Part shown: positions 37,406 to 46,496 of the stretch, in pieces | Layout of the letters: every line of letters starts with the position of its first letter | Numbering within the stretch: the first letter of the stretch is position 1 | Assembly (NCBI GenBank): GCA_031458775.1 | Contig: JAVKJV010000008.1 | Coordinates: 3,823-67,822, forward strand | Direction: 5' to 3' | Source of the DNA: Candidatus Fervidifonticultor quartus | Lineage (GTDB): Bacteria > Sysuimicrobiota > Sysuimicrobiia > Sysuimicrobiales > Humicultoraceae | Length of the DNA: 64,000 nucleotides | Position numbers and translations under genes: made by a program | Notes under the pieces: generated by a model | Told to the model about the DNA's origin: nothing | The model's input: only the letters and a program-made list of their open reading frames with translations | Databases searched by the model: none

Positions 37406-38833
37406 GTGTCGACGCATCGCTCCGCCTCCCTCGCCAGCCCGCGCTGGCACTCGGCCGTATGGAGCGCCGCGGTGCTGGTCTTTACCGCGGCACTCTTGCT
37501 GCCGTTGCCTCCGGGGCTGTCCCGCTCGGCCACCCTGGCGATGGCCGGGCTGGTGGCCGCGGTCATCTTCTGGGCGAGCGGCGTACAGGACCCGGCGATG
37601 ACCGGCCTGATCATCATCACGGCGCTCTCGGCCCTCGGGGTCATGCGCTTTGCCGAGGCGACCGCCGGGTTGGGCACCGAGTTCGTGTGGCTGCTCGCCG
37701 CGACGTTCATGATCGCACAGGCGATGGAGGACTGCGGGCTGGGCCGCCGCATCGCGCTCCGGATTCTCGGAATGGCGGGCGGCCACGCGTCCACCGTGCT
37801 GCTCGCGTGTCTCGTCGTCGTCCTGGTCCTGTCGTTCATGGTGCCCACCGCGGCCGGCCGCATCGCCATGGTGCTACCGATCTGCCTGGGCATTCTCAGC
37901 GCAGCCGACATCCAGGGACCGTCGAACTTCGCGAAGGCGGTGCTGATCGGCGTCTCGCACACGTCGATCATGGCCGGCATCGGGCTGGCGACCGCGGCCG
38001 GGGCGACGGTCTACTCGGTCGGCGCGTTCGGCACGCTGATCGGCGTGAGGTGGACCTACGTGGCGTGGATGACCGCGTTCCTCCCGCCGGTAATCCTCTT
38101 CACGCTGGTGCTCTGGCGCACGCAGCTCTGGGTCTTCCCGCCGGAGCGGGCCAACCTGGTGGGCAGCGCCGAGTACGTGCAGGCCGAACTGCGGCGTCTG
38201 GGGCCGTTGAACGGCGGCGAGCGCAGGATGCTGGCCGTTTTCGCAGGCGTGTACATCCTCTGGATTGTCGGCCCCGAGTGGGGCATCACGACCGCGCAAG
38301 CCGGGGTGATGGGCGCAGTGGCGCTGCTGCTGTCCGGCATGCGGCTGCTCACCTGGGAGCGCGCGGTCGCCGCGGTCAAGTGGAACGTGCTCATCATCTT
38401 CGCGGTCGCCCTGGCCCTCGCGAACGCGCTCGAGAGTTCCGGGGCCGCGAGGTGGCTCACCGACGCGACGCTGGCGATCTTCCGGCACCCCCGGCCAGTG
38501 GTCGTGGCGCTGGTGCTCACACCGCTGGTGCTGCTCATGCGCGTTGGCTTTGTCAACAACCTCGGGATGCTGGCCGCAGGGCTGCCGCTGATCTTCACGC
38601 TCGCGCGTGGCTGGGGCCTGAGCCCGCAGTGGGCGGGCATGATCTTCGTGATGGCCGCCGGCCCGGGCTTCCTGCTGCCAACCCAGAGCCCTACCGGTCT
38701 GATCACGCTGGGGTACGAGTATCACACGACCGCGGACTATCTGCGGTCAGGCATCCCGGCATCCATCGCGCTGATCCTTCTCACCTGGCTCGCCGCGTTG
38801 TTCTACTGGCCGCTGCTGGGGTACGGCCCCTGA
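37406..38833 (+). CDS. DASS/SLC13 family transporter
   Basis: Many TMs, GLGRRIAL, PTAAGR, FLLPTQSP, DYLRSG. Confidence 0.85.
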   Translation: MSTHRSASLASPRWHSAVWSAAVLVFTAALLLPLPPGLSRSATLAMAGLVAAVIFWASGVQDPAMTGLIIITALSALGVMRFAEATAGLGTEFVWLLAATFMIAQAMEDCGLGRRIALRILGMAGGHASTVLLACLVVVLVLSFMVPTAAGRIAMVLPICLGILSAADIQGPSNFAKAVLIGVSHTSIMAGIGLATAAGATVYSVGAFGTLIGVRWTYVAWMTAFLPPVILFTLVLWRTQLWVFPPERANLVGSAEYVQAELRRLGPLNGGERRMLAVFAGVYILWIVGPEWGITTAQAGVMGAVALLLSGMRLLTWERAVAAVKWNVLIIFAVALALANALESSGAARWLTDATLAIFRHPRPVVVALVLTPLVLLMRVGFVNNLGMLAAGLPLIFTLARGWGLSPQWAGMIFVMAAGPGFLLPTQSPTGLITLGYEYHTTADYLRSGIPASIALILLTWLAALFYWPLLGYGP

Positions 38834-38910
38834 CATCCACGCGTACGACGGCGACCTGATACCATAGCGGCCGTTCCGGGGGATAATAGGCAGAGAGGAC
38901 AGATCAGGGG

Positions 38911-39042
38911 ATGAACTCGATGCGATACGCTCGCGCAGCAGTGGTCATGCTCGGCGTCCTGTTCGCGGTGAGCCTCGCGGCGATGGCACTGTACGTTGGG
39001 TACGTGACGCGCCTCTGGTACGAGGCCTCCGGGAACTGGTAG
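38911..39042 (+). CDS. Small single-pass membrane peptide (43 aa)
   Basis: MNSMRYARAAVVMLGVLFAVSLAAMALYVGYVTRLWYEASGNW; purine-rich RBS region; below ORF-track cutoff. Confidence 0.5.
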   Translation: MNSMRYARAAVVMLGVLFAVSLAAMALYVGYVTRLWYEASGNW

Positions 39043-39183
39043 CGCTGCTCCGGATCGTCCGGACTCGCCGGATTTCGTTTCCACCCCCTTGACCGGGCCG
39101 AGTGCCACAATCTCGCGGCCTCCAGCAAGCCCGAGGAGGAGAGCGGCGCCGTCCCGCGTAACTCTGAGTCGCCCGAAACACGT

Positions 39184-42100
39184 GTGTCCGTGATGCTGGC
39201 CGAGCACTTGGAAGAGTCCTCCCACCCACCCGACGCGCGACCCGAGGAACTCGCCTCAGCGAACGGCGGGGCCGGTGATTTGCCCACCGGCATCGTCACG
39301 CTCGTCTTCACCGACATCGAGGGGTCCACCCGGCTCATGCAGGAACTCGGACCGCGGTACGAGGCCGCCCTGGCCGATCATCACCGGCTGATTCGAGAGG
39401 CATTGCGGCGGCACGACGGCCGCGAGGTCCTGACCGTCGGCGACGGGTTCTTCCTCGTCTTTCAGCACGCGTCGGACGCCGTGCGCTTTGCGGTCGCCGC
39501 CCAGCAGGCCCTCACGCGCCACGAGTGGCCGACGGGCCTCCCGCTGCGCGTGCGCATGGGGATGCACACGGGCGAACCCACGCTCGCCGGCGGCCAGTAC
39601 GTCGGGCTGTCCGTGCACCGCGCCGCACGCATCGCGGCCGCAGGGTACGGAGGGCAGATCCTCGTCTCTGAGGTCACGAAACAGCTGGCCGACAGCGGCA
39701 TCCCCGAGAGCATCGCCCTGCGCGACCTCGGCATGCACCGGCTGAAAGACCTGCACCAGTGGGAACACCTCTTCCAGGTCGTGCACGCCGATCTGCCGGC
39801 AGACTTTCCGCGCCTGCGCTCGATCGACACGTTGCCCAACAACCTCCCGCGGAAGCTCACGAGTTTCGTGGGACGGGAGCGCGAGGTCGCCGCGATCAAG
39901 GACCTCGTGCGCACGGCGCCGCTCGTGACGATCGTCGGCATCGGCGGCGCGGGCAAGACGCGGCTCGCCCTTCAAGCCGCGGCCGACCTGCTGACCGAGT
40001 TCCGGGACGGCGCCTGGCTGGTGGAGATCGCCCCCGTGAGCGACCCGAAACAAGTGGTCCAGGCGGTCGCCGCGGCCGTGGGCGTCCGTGAGTCCCCGGG
40101 CCTGTCGCTGAAGGCCAGCATCCTCGACTACCTGAGTACGCGGCACTTGCTCCTGATCGTGGACGGTTGCGAGCACGTGGTCGCGTCGGTGGCCGAGTTC
40201 GTGCAGACGCTGCTGACGACGGCGCAGGACGTACACGTGCTCTGCACGAGCCGTGAATCGCTGCGGATCAACGGAGAGAAGGTCTGGCGCATCCCGTCGC
40301 TCCCGCTCCCCGATGTACGCGGTGTGTCCGATCTCGAGACGCTGGCGCAAAACGCGGCGGTACGCCTATTCGCCGAGCGCGCCAGGGCCGTCGCGCCGGG
40401 GTTTGCCCTGACCGAGCGGAATGCGTCGCTGGTGGCGCAGATCTGCGTCCGGCTCGACGGCGTCCCCCTGGCGATTGAGCTGGCCGCCGCCCGCGTCGCG
40501 GTGCTGACGGTGGATCAGATCGCCGCGCGCCTGGACGACCGGTTCCGGCTCCTGGCCGGAGGCGGTCGTACCGCGATGCCGCGGCACCAGACGCTTCGCG
40601 CCACCATGGACTGGAGCTACGATCTCCTGTCCGAGCCGGAGCGCGCATTGCTGCGGCGGCTCTCGGTCTTCGCCGGGAGCTGGACCCTGGAAGCCGCCGA
40701 GGCGGTCTGCCCGGACGGCGTCATCACGCGAGACGCCGTGCTCGACGGCCTGACGCAACTGGTGGACAAGTCGCTGGTAGACCCGCGCGGCGATGTCGAG
40801 ACGCGGTACGCGATGTTGGAGACCATCCGGCAGTACGCTCAAGAAAAGCTTGTCGCCGCGCGCGAAGCCGAGGAGCTTCGCGCCCGGCACCGCGACTGGT
40901 TCCTGACGCTGGCCGAGGAGGCCGAGCCGCACCTGCGCGGCCCCCAGCAGAAAGCATGGCTGGATCGGCTGGAACGCGAGTGGGACAACCTGCAGGCAGC
41001 CCTGCGGTGGTCGGTCGAGGGCCGCGAGGCCGACGCCGCGGCCCGCCTGGCCACGGCGCTCTGGCGGTTCTGGTATCTCCGCGGTCATCTCACCGTGGGC
41101 GGCGACTGGCTCGGCACGGTCCTGACGATGGGCGCCGAGCCGAGCGCGGCGCGGGCCCGCATCCTCAACGGCGCGGCCGTCCTCGCGTTCGCCGTAGGGA
41201 ACTATGCGCCGGCGGTTGAGTTGGCGGAGCGGGCCGCCGAGACGTCCCGGGCGTTCGGCGACATCGGCACCGAGGCGTCTGCGCGGCTGCTGCTCGCCGT
41301 CGCACACCTGGCCCGCGGCGACTGCGCGCAGGCGACGACCCTGGTCGAAGAGAGCCTGGCCGCGTTTCGGATGGCCCGCGATCTGTGGGGCGAGGCACTG
41401 GCCCTGTCCGTCGTCGGCGACGTGGCGCTCGACCGCGGCGAGTACGAACGCGCGCTATCGGTCTACGGTGACAGCGTGGCGTTGTTCCGTCGTGTGGGCG
41501 ACGCGTGGGGCGTCGCGCTCAGCGAGCGCGGCAGAGGATTTGCGGCGCGGTTGCTGGGCGACTATGATCGCGCGGTGTCGGTGCAGACGGCCAGCCTGGC
41601 CCTGACCCGGGAGTTGGGAGACCGAACCGGCATGGGCGCGTCGATGATGCAGTTGGGGTTTCTGCACTGGCGCCAGGGCCAGTATTCGCAAGCGCGGGCG
41701 GTCCTCGAGGAAGCGTTGACGATGTTCCGTGAAGCGGGCAACCGGCGAGGGATCGCCGACGTGCTCTCGGTGCTGGGACTCGTCGAAGACAGCCAGGGTC
41801 ACTACGCGCGGGCCACAGAGGTGCTGCAGGAAAGCGCCGAGGCCTATCGCGCGATCGGCTCGCGGTTCGGCGTTGCCGCAGTCCTGGGCACCCTCGGGCG
41901 GACCGCGCTGCATGAGGGCGATGAGGCGCGCGCTGTCGCCCTGGCAGAAGAGGCCGTGGCTCGGTTCCGCGAGATCGGAGACCGTCGCGGCGCCGCGACC
42001 TCGCTGCGCGTGCTCGGGGAGGCCGCGCTTCACCGCGGGGACCACGCGCAGGCGCTGAAGTACGCCGAGGAGAGCCACGCGATCTTCCGCGATCTCAACG

Positions 42101-42501
42101 ATCAGTGGGCGATCGGCTACGTGCTGCGCATCCTCGCCGGGATCGCGCTGGCACAGGGAGACGTGACCGGCGCGCGCCGCCGCTACGCGGAGAGCCTGGC
42201 GCTGCACACGACGCATCGCGACCGTCTCGGCATCGTGAAGTGTCTTGAAGGCCTGGCGTGCGTGCTCACGGCAGAAGGGCGGCACGAGCAGGCCGCCCGG
42301 GCCCTGGGGAGCGCCGAGCAGATGCGGACAGCAATCGGGGCGCCGCGGACGAGCGTGGAGGTGCCGGTGTACGACCGGTGCATGACCCGGTTGCGCGAGG
42401 CGCTGGGCGCCCCACAGGTCTCCGCGCTCATGGAAACCGGGCGCGACCAGACTGCCGAGGCCGTGTTGGACCAGGTCCTCAGGCTCGACGGCAACGCCTG
42501 A
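39184..42501 (+). CDS. Class III adenylate/guanylate cyclase - STAND NTPase - TPR protein
   Basis: FTDIEGST, GDGF, RMGMHTGE; SFVGRE, GIGGAGKTRL, LDGVPLAIELAA, RHQTL..MDWSY; long TPR array. Confidence 0.9.
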   Translation: MSVMLAEHLEESSHPPDARPEELASANGGAGDLPTGIVTLVFTDIEGSTRLMQELGPRYEAALADHHRLIREALRRHDGREVLTVGDGFFLVFQHASDAVRFAVAAQQALTRHEWPTGLPLRVRMGMHTGEPTLAGGQYVGLSVHRAARIAAAGYGGQILVSEVTKQLADSGIPESIALRDLGMHRLKDLHQWEHLFQVVHADLPADFPRLRSIDTLPNNLPRKLTSFVGREREVAAIKDLVRTAPLVTIVGIGGAGKTRLALQAAADLLTEFRDGAWLVEIAPVSDPKQVVQAVAAAVGVRESPGLSLKASILDYLSTRHLLLIVDGCEHVVASVAEFVQTLLTTAQDVHVLCTSRESLRINGEKVWRIPSLPLPDVRGVSDLETLAQNAAVRLFAERARAVAPGFALTERNASLVAQICVRLDGVPLAIELAAARVAVLTVDQIAARLDDRFRLLAGGGRTAMPRHQTLRATMDWSYDLLSEPERALLRRLSVFAGSWTLEAAEAVCPDGVITRDAVLDGLTQLVDKSLVDPRGDVETRYAMLETIRQYAQEKLVAAREAEELRARHRDWFLTLAEEAEPHLRGPQQKAWLDRLEREWDNLQAALRWSVEGREADAAARLATALWRFWYLRGHLTVGGDWLGTVLTMGAEPSAARARILNGAAVLAFAVGNYAPAVELAERAAETSRAFGDIGTEASARLLLAVAHLARGDCAQATTLVEESLAAFRMARDLWGEALALSVVGDVALDRGEYERALSVYGDSVALFRRVGDAWGVALSERGRGFAARLLGDYDRAVSVQTASLALTRELGDRTGMGASMMQLGFLHWRQGQYSQARAVLEEALTMFREAGNRRGIADVLSVLGLVEDSQGHYARATEVLQESAEAYRAIGSRFGVAAVLGTLGRTALHEGDEARAVALAEEAVARFREIGDRRGAATSLRVLGEAALHRGDHAQALKYAEESHAIFRDLNDQWAIGYVLRILAGIALAQGDVTGARRRYAESLALHTTHRDRLGIVKCLEGLACVLTAEGRHEQAARALGSAEQMRTAIGAPRTSVEVPVYDRCMTRLREALGAPQVSALMETGRDQTAEAVLDQVLRLDGNA

Positions 42502-42646
42502 ACTCACCCGGATTTGGGCACATTTTAGGTACACCTTCAAGCTCGGGTAGCCAGGCGCCGGTTGTTCGCCACGCGGCGCCCTGCCAATATGCCAGCTCCT
42601 GTGGCGGCGTGGCCGGAGACCTCCACGGCGGGACAGGAGGTGCACG

Positions 42647-43237
42647 ATGACTCTCTCCCCCGAGGTCCGTCAGCGGATCGCCGAGGAAGAGCGGTTCAGG
42701 ACCCAGATACGCGAGCGCGCCCGGGAAGAGATCCGGTTGCGCCAGCAAAACGTCGAACTCGGCCTGCGCATCGTGTTGTTGGCCGGCCTGTTCGTCGTCT
42801 CGTTCCTGTTTTCGAAGCTATTCCTGGTCAGAGGCGAATCGCTGACCGCGGTCGAGACACCGACACCCCCACCCCCGTCACTGGTGAGCGAGACGGTGCT
42901 GGCTGACATCGCCAGGACGCTCCCGCCGCGCGTTCCGGCCGAGGTGTGCGTGGCCGCCGTGGGCCGCGGCCAGCCTCAGATCCGGGCGACAATCGAACTG
43001 CGGCAGGATACCTGGCGCGAGGTCGCCCGGCGCATCGCGATTGACAAGGCCCGGGCGGTCGGCGCGACGCTGCGGCAGCATGGACTTGCGCTGCCTGCCT
43101 ACGTCGAGGTGGTCTCGCCGAAGCGCTGGTACGGGATCGCGGTCTACGATCGTGACACGCTCCGCATCACCTGGGATCCGTGCCCCGGCAACTGCGAGCG
43201 GGAAGGCACGACGTACGTCAACCGCTGCCCCCAATAG
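42647..43237 (+). CDS. Hypothetical membrane-anchored protein
   Basis: RBS AGGAGG; charged N-terminal helix, one TM, Cys-containing outer domain. Confidence 0.75.
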   Translation: MTLSPEVRQRIAEEERFRTQIRERAREEIRLRQQNVELGLRIVLLAGLFVVSFLFSKLFLVRGESLTAVETPTPPPPSLVSETVLADIARTLPPRVPAEVCVAAVGRGQPQIRATIELRQDTWREVARRIAIDKARAVGATLRQHGLALPAYVEVVSPKRWYGIAVYDRDTLRITWDPCPGNCEREGTTYVNRCPQ

Positions 43238-43249
43238 GCGCGTCCGCGG

Positions 43250-43330
43250 CGTCGTACCGCCACAACGGCGCGGAGAGATAGCGCCCGCCGTGGTCGGGGA
43301 ACACGACGACGATCACCGCGTCGCGCAGGC
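43250..43330 (-). pseudogene. C-terminal remnant of a cysteine synthase-like gene
   Basis: Minus strand reads DAVIVVVFPDHGGRYLSAPLW, resembling the CysK/CysM C-terminal PDxGxRYLS motif. Confidence 0.55.
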
Positions 43331-43648
43331 ACCGGAACGGGCGAAGGATGAGCTCGAGCGCCTCCGCCGGCGCTACAATCCGCATGCGGCCACCGCGGGA
43401 ACCTCTGCACCTTTGAGACTATGGTGAAGGCGTTCGGCCCGACCGACCCTGCGCTACGCGCGATGGCCGAGATCGTCCATGAGACCGACCTGCGCGACGG
43501 CCGGTACGCACGGCCCGAGACCGCGGGCGTCAACGCCATCCTGCGCGGCTGGCGGGCGCTGCCGGATCGCGACCGCGAGACGCACGGCGTCGCGTTGTTC
43601 GAAGGCCTCTACACTGCGTTCTCTCGGACGTCCGCGCGGCCCCGGTAG
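43331..43648 (+). pseudogene. Truncated chromate-resistance ChrB-like gene
   Basis: HRGNLCTFETMVKAF..DPALRAMAEIVHETDL.D...PETAGV; no start and most of the N-terminus missing. Confidence 0.7.
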
Positions 43649-43703
43649 CGACGGCCGCGCGGTTGATGTTGCGCGAAGACACACGAACCAGGGGGTGTCC
43701 GGT

Positions 43704-44144
43704 GTGAAGTGGGTAACCCGCAAGAACGCCAACGTCGATCGCGTGGCTTGCCCGTGGCTCATCAAGCGGTTTATCGATGCTCATCCCGCGTTCCTCTTTG
43801 TGCCGGCGGAGGACGTCCTGAGCGTTGCCGGGCGTGAAGGCGCAATTCCGTTCGACGTCCAGGGCGCCGAACTGGGACACGTGGACGGCCGCTGCAGCTT
43901 CGAATCCATCCTCGTGAAGTACAACCTCACAGATCCGGCGCTGCGCCTGCTGGGGCGTATCGTGCACGGCGCCGATATCCCGGCCGAGCTAACGATCGAA
44001 CCCGAGGCCGCCGGGCTGCGGGCCGCCGCCTACGGCTTCGCCATGCTGCATGGCGAGGACGACCACGAGAAGCTGCGCGTCGAGGCGCCGATGTACGACG
44101 CGCTGTACGCGTGGTGCCAGCACCGGGTGTCGCAGGGCGGTTGA
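43704..44144 (+). CDS. ChrB-domain (chromate resistance) protein
   Basis: MKWVTR..VDRVACPWLIKRFID, PFD, H..RCSFE, IVHGAD, YDALYAW. Confidence 0.9.
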   Translation: MKWVTRKNANVDRVACPWLIKRFIDAHPAFLFVPAEDVLSVAGREGAIPFDVQGAELGHVDGRCSFESILVKYNLTDPALRLLGRIVHGADIPAELTIEPEAAGLRAAAYGFAMLHGEDDHEKLRVEAPMYDALYAWCQHRVSQGG

Positions 44145-44507
44145 GAGCCACGGGTCTGATGCTCCTGGAAGCCACTCCGATTGCGCCCCACCATCCGGGC
44201 GGTTCGGTCAGAACCGTGTGCGCCAGCGGCTCTACGTGTTTCTCCCGCAACGTTGCAGCGTGGCCGTGCATGGGGAAGCGTGAAGGCTGGAGGGCGTCGA
44301 GCGAAAGTGATCAAACTCAACTGGCCGCAGCCAGGTCAGATCTCGTTGGGCGCCGTCGGGTTCAAGCAGACGCCAGTCGCCGAGCCGGTTCTCCGTGACC
44401 GTCAGTGGCTCTCGAGCGAGGAGCGCTCTACGCTGCGGTGGGCACTCGGCCGCGAGCCTTGTTCCGACAAGGTGGGAGGAGCTGTCTGGGCACTGTGGCG
44501 CGGACTC

Positions 44508-44583
44508 TGGTGGCCCCAGGGGGATTCGAACCCCCGTTTCGGCCTTGAGAGGGCCGCGTCCTGGTCCCCTAGACGATGGGGCC
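44508..44583 (-). tRNA. tRNA-Glu (anticodon CTC)
   Basis: GGCCCCA acceptor stem, anticodon loop CTCTCAA, GTTCGAATC T-loop, encoded CCA; 76 nt. Confidence 0.97.
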
Positions 44584-44620
44584 ACGCGAACGAAGCACCG
44601 GGGGACCGACCGGCTCACGC

Positions 44621-44649
44621 ATTATAGGGCATTCCGCGCGAGCCTGGAA
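44621..44649 (-). promoter_or_regulatory. Sigma70-type promoter of tRNA-Glu
   Basis: TTCCAG, 17 nt, TATAAT. Confidence 0.6.
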
Positions 44650-44706
44650 GTCCCCGCACCGCGCCGCCCGTGTACAATGGTCCGCAGACCGGTCACGGAG
44701 GCAGAC

Positions 44707-45204
44707 ATGGCGGTCATCAAATCGGAACAACTCGTCGCGACGCTGGCGAACCTGCTGGAAGAAGTGCACGTGGCCCCACCTGATCCGAAGCTGACCTGGA
44801 TGACGAGCAACGAACCAAACTCGGGCTTCCTCGGCACGCTCTCCGGCATCTCCGCGGAGATGGCGTCTCGGGCGCCGGGCATGAACACGATCGCCGCGCA
44901 CGCCGCGCACCTGCACTTCAGCCTGACGCTGGCCAACCGCGCCTTCCGCGGCCAGGACGCGTACTCGAACGCCGACAGGAAGGAGAGCTGGCGCACGCAG
45001 CAGGTCGATGCCGCGGCGTGGAACCGCCTGCGCGAGGCACTGCGGTACGAGCACACGCAACTGCTCGAGGCGGTCCGCGGCCGCGACCGGTGGGACGACC
45101 CGATGCTCTTTCAGGGCGCGCTCGCGCTGATCGGGCACGGCGCGTACCATCTGGGCGCGAACCGGCAGATTCGGCGGTTGTTGGCGTCTGCCGGCAGCGC
45201 GTGA
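44707..45204 (+). CDS. DinB-like four-helix protein
   Basis: NTIAAHAAHL and HGAYHLGA His motifs; RBS GGAGG; TACAAT upstream. Confidence 0.8.
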   Translation: MAVIKSEQLVATLANLLEEVHVAPPDPKLTWMTSNEPNSGFLGTLSGISAEMASRAPGMNTIAAHAAHLHFSLTLANRAFRGQDAYSNADRKESWRTQQVDAAAWNRLREALRYEHTQLLEAVRGRDRWDDPMLFQGALALIGHGAYHLGANRQIRRLLASAGSA

Positions 45205-45239
45205 AGCGAGCACGTCCGTCGAGCTCAGAGGGGGCATCT

Positions 45240-46157
45240 GTGCGACGTTACCGGTTCGTCCAAGCCGACGTCTTTACGAGCCGGCCGTTTGCCGGCAACC
45301 AGCTCGCGGTCTTTCTCGACGGCCGCGGCCTTACCGGCGAGGAAATGCAGGCGATCGCCCTGGAGATGAACTTCTCGGAGAGCACGTTCGTGCTGCCCGC
45401 CGAGATCCCGGGCGCGGCGCGCCGTGTACGCATCTTCACCACCGCCCGGGAGTTGCCCATGGCCGGGCATCCAACGGTGGGCACGGCGTTTGTGCTGGCA
45501 AGCCAGGGCCTTCTGCCGATGGCCGGCGCCAGGACCGACGCGATCCTGCAACTCGGAATCGGGCCGGTGAAGGTTACGCTGGAGCAGCGGGACGGCCGGG
45601 TACGGTTCGTCTGGATGAGCCATCGCAGCTCGGAGTTCGGCGAGGTGTTCGCCGACCGCACGCGACTGGCGGCGGCGCTGGGCCTCGAGGTCGGTGACCT
45701 GCATCCGACATGCCCGCCGCAGGTCGTGTCCACCGGCACGCCGTTCCTCTTCGTGCCGCTGGCTTCGTTGGCCGCGGTGCAACGCTGCGCGCCGAGCGCC
45801 CCGGGCCTGGTCGGTCTCTACGACGGCGTGGATCCGGAGGGCGCGTACGTATTTTCAACGGAGACGACATCCCCCGACGCGCAGATACACGCCCGCATGT
45901 TCGTCCGGCAGAAGGGTGCTGTCCCGGAAGACCCAGCGACGGGTGCGGCCGCCGGGCCGCTCGGCGCGTACCTGTTCCGCTACGGCATGCTCTCGAAGGA
46001 GACGCTACGGCGTTTCGTGTGCGAGCAAGGTGTTGAGATGAGACGACCTAGCCAAATCCACATCGAAGTGGACCACGACGGCAGTGCGGTCACCGGGTTG
46101 CGCATCGGCGGCCAGGTCGTGATCGTCGGCGAGGGAGAGATCTTCTGGGACGGATAG
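45240..46157 (+). CDS. PhzF-family isomerase
   Basis: DVFT..PFAGNQLAV, SESTF, ELPMAGHPTVG, EDPATG, QGVEMRRPS. Confidence 0.92.
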   Translation: MRRYRFVQADVFTSRPFAGNQLAVFLDGRGLTGEEMQAIALEMNFSESTFVLPAEIPGAARRVRIFTTARELPMAGHPTVGTAFVLASQGLLPMAGARTDAILQLGIGPVKVTLEQRDGRVRFVWMSHRSSEFGEVFADRTRLAAALGLEVGDLHPTCPPQVVSTGTPFLFVPLASLAAVQRCAPSAPGLVGLYDGVDPEGAYVFSTETTSPDAQIHARMFVRQKGAVPEDPATGAAAGPLGAYLFRYGMLSKETLRRFVCEQGVEMRRPSQIHIEVDHDGSAVTGLRIGGQVVIVGEGEIFWDG

Positions 46158-46191
46158 ACACGCGGTGGCTGCCTGAAGCCGCGCCCCGCGT

Positions 46192-46478
46192 CTACGCCGG
46201 CAGACCTCTCGTGAGGCCGAGCACCCACCGCATGCAGCGGTGTCCGAAGTCCGCGGTCTTGCCGAACATGAGCGGGCATCCGCCGGCGATCACCGTAATG
46301 CCGTGCTGCTCGCAGAACTCGACCGCGGCCGGCGACACACTGGTGCCGGCGCGCATCATGGATTGATGCATCCAGACCCGTCGTACTCCGGCTGTCGGAT
46401 ACTGACGCACGAGACGCCGGCGACCGCAATGCGGGGCTGTGCCAGGAAGTCGCGCACTTTCTCATCGAGCGTCCCCAC
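46192..46478 (-). pseudogene. CoA-binding protein with internal deletion
   Basis: RBS plus GTG gives MGTLDEKVRDFLAQPRIAVAGVS, jumping out of frame to GVRRVWMH..SVSPAAVEFCEQHGITVIAGGCPLM; central part absent. Confidence 0.75.
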
Positions 46479-46496
46479 GGAAGGCTCCCTCCTCGG

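Noticed and set aside
44145-44583. Active integrative element at tRNA-Glu
   Set aside because: No integrase and no duplicated tRNA 3' end noticed within the window
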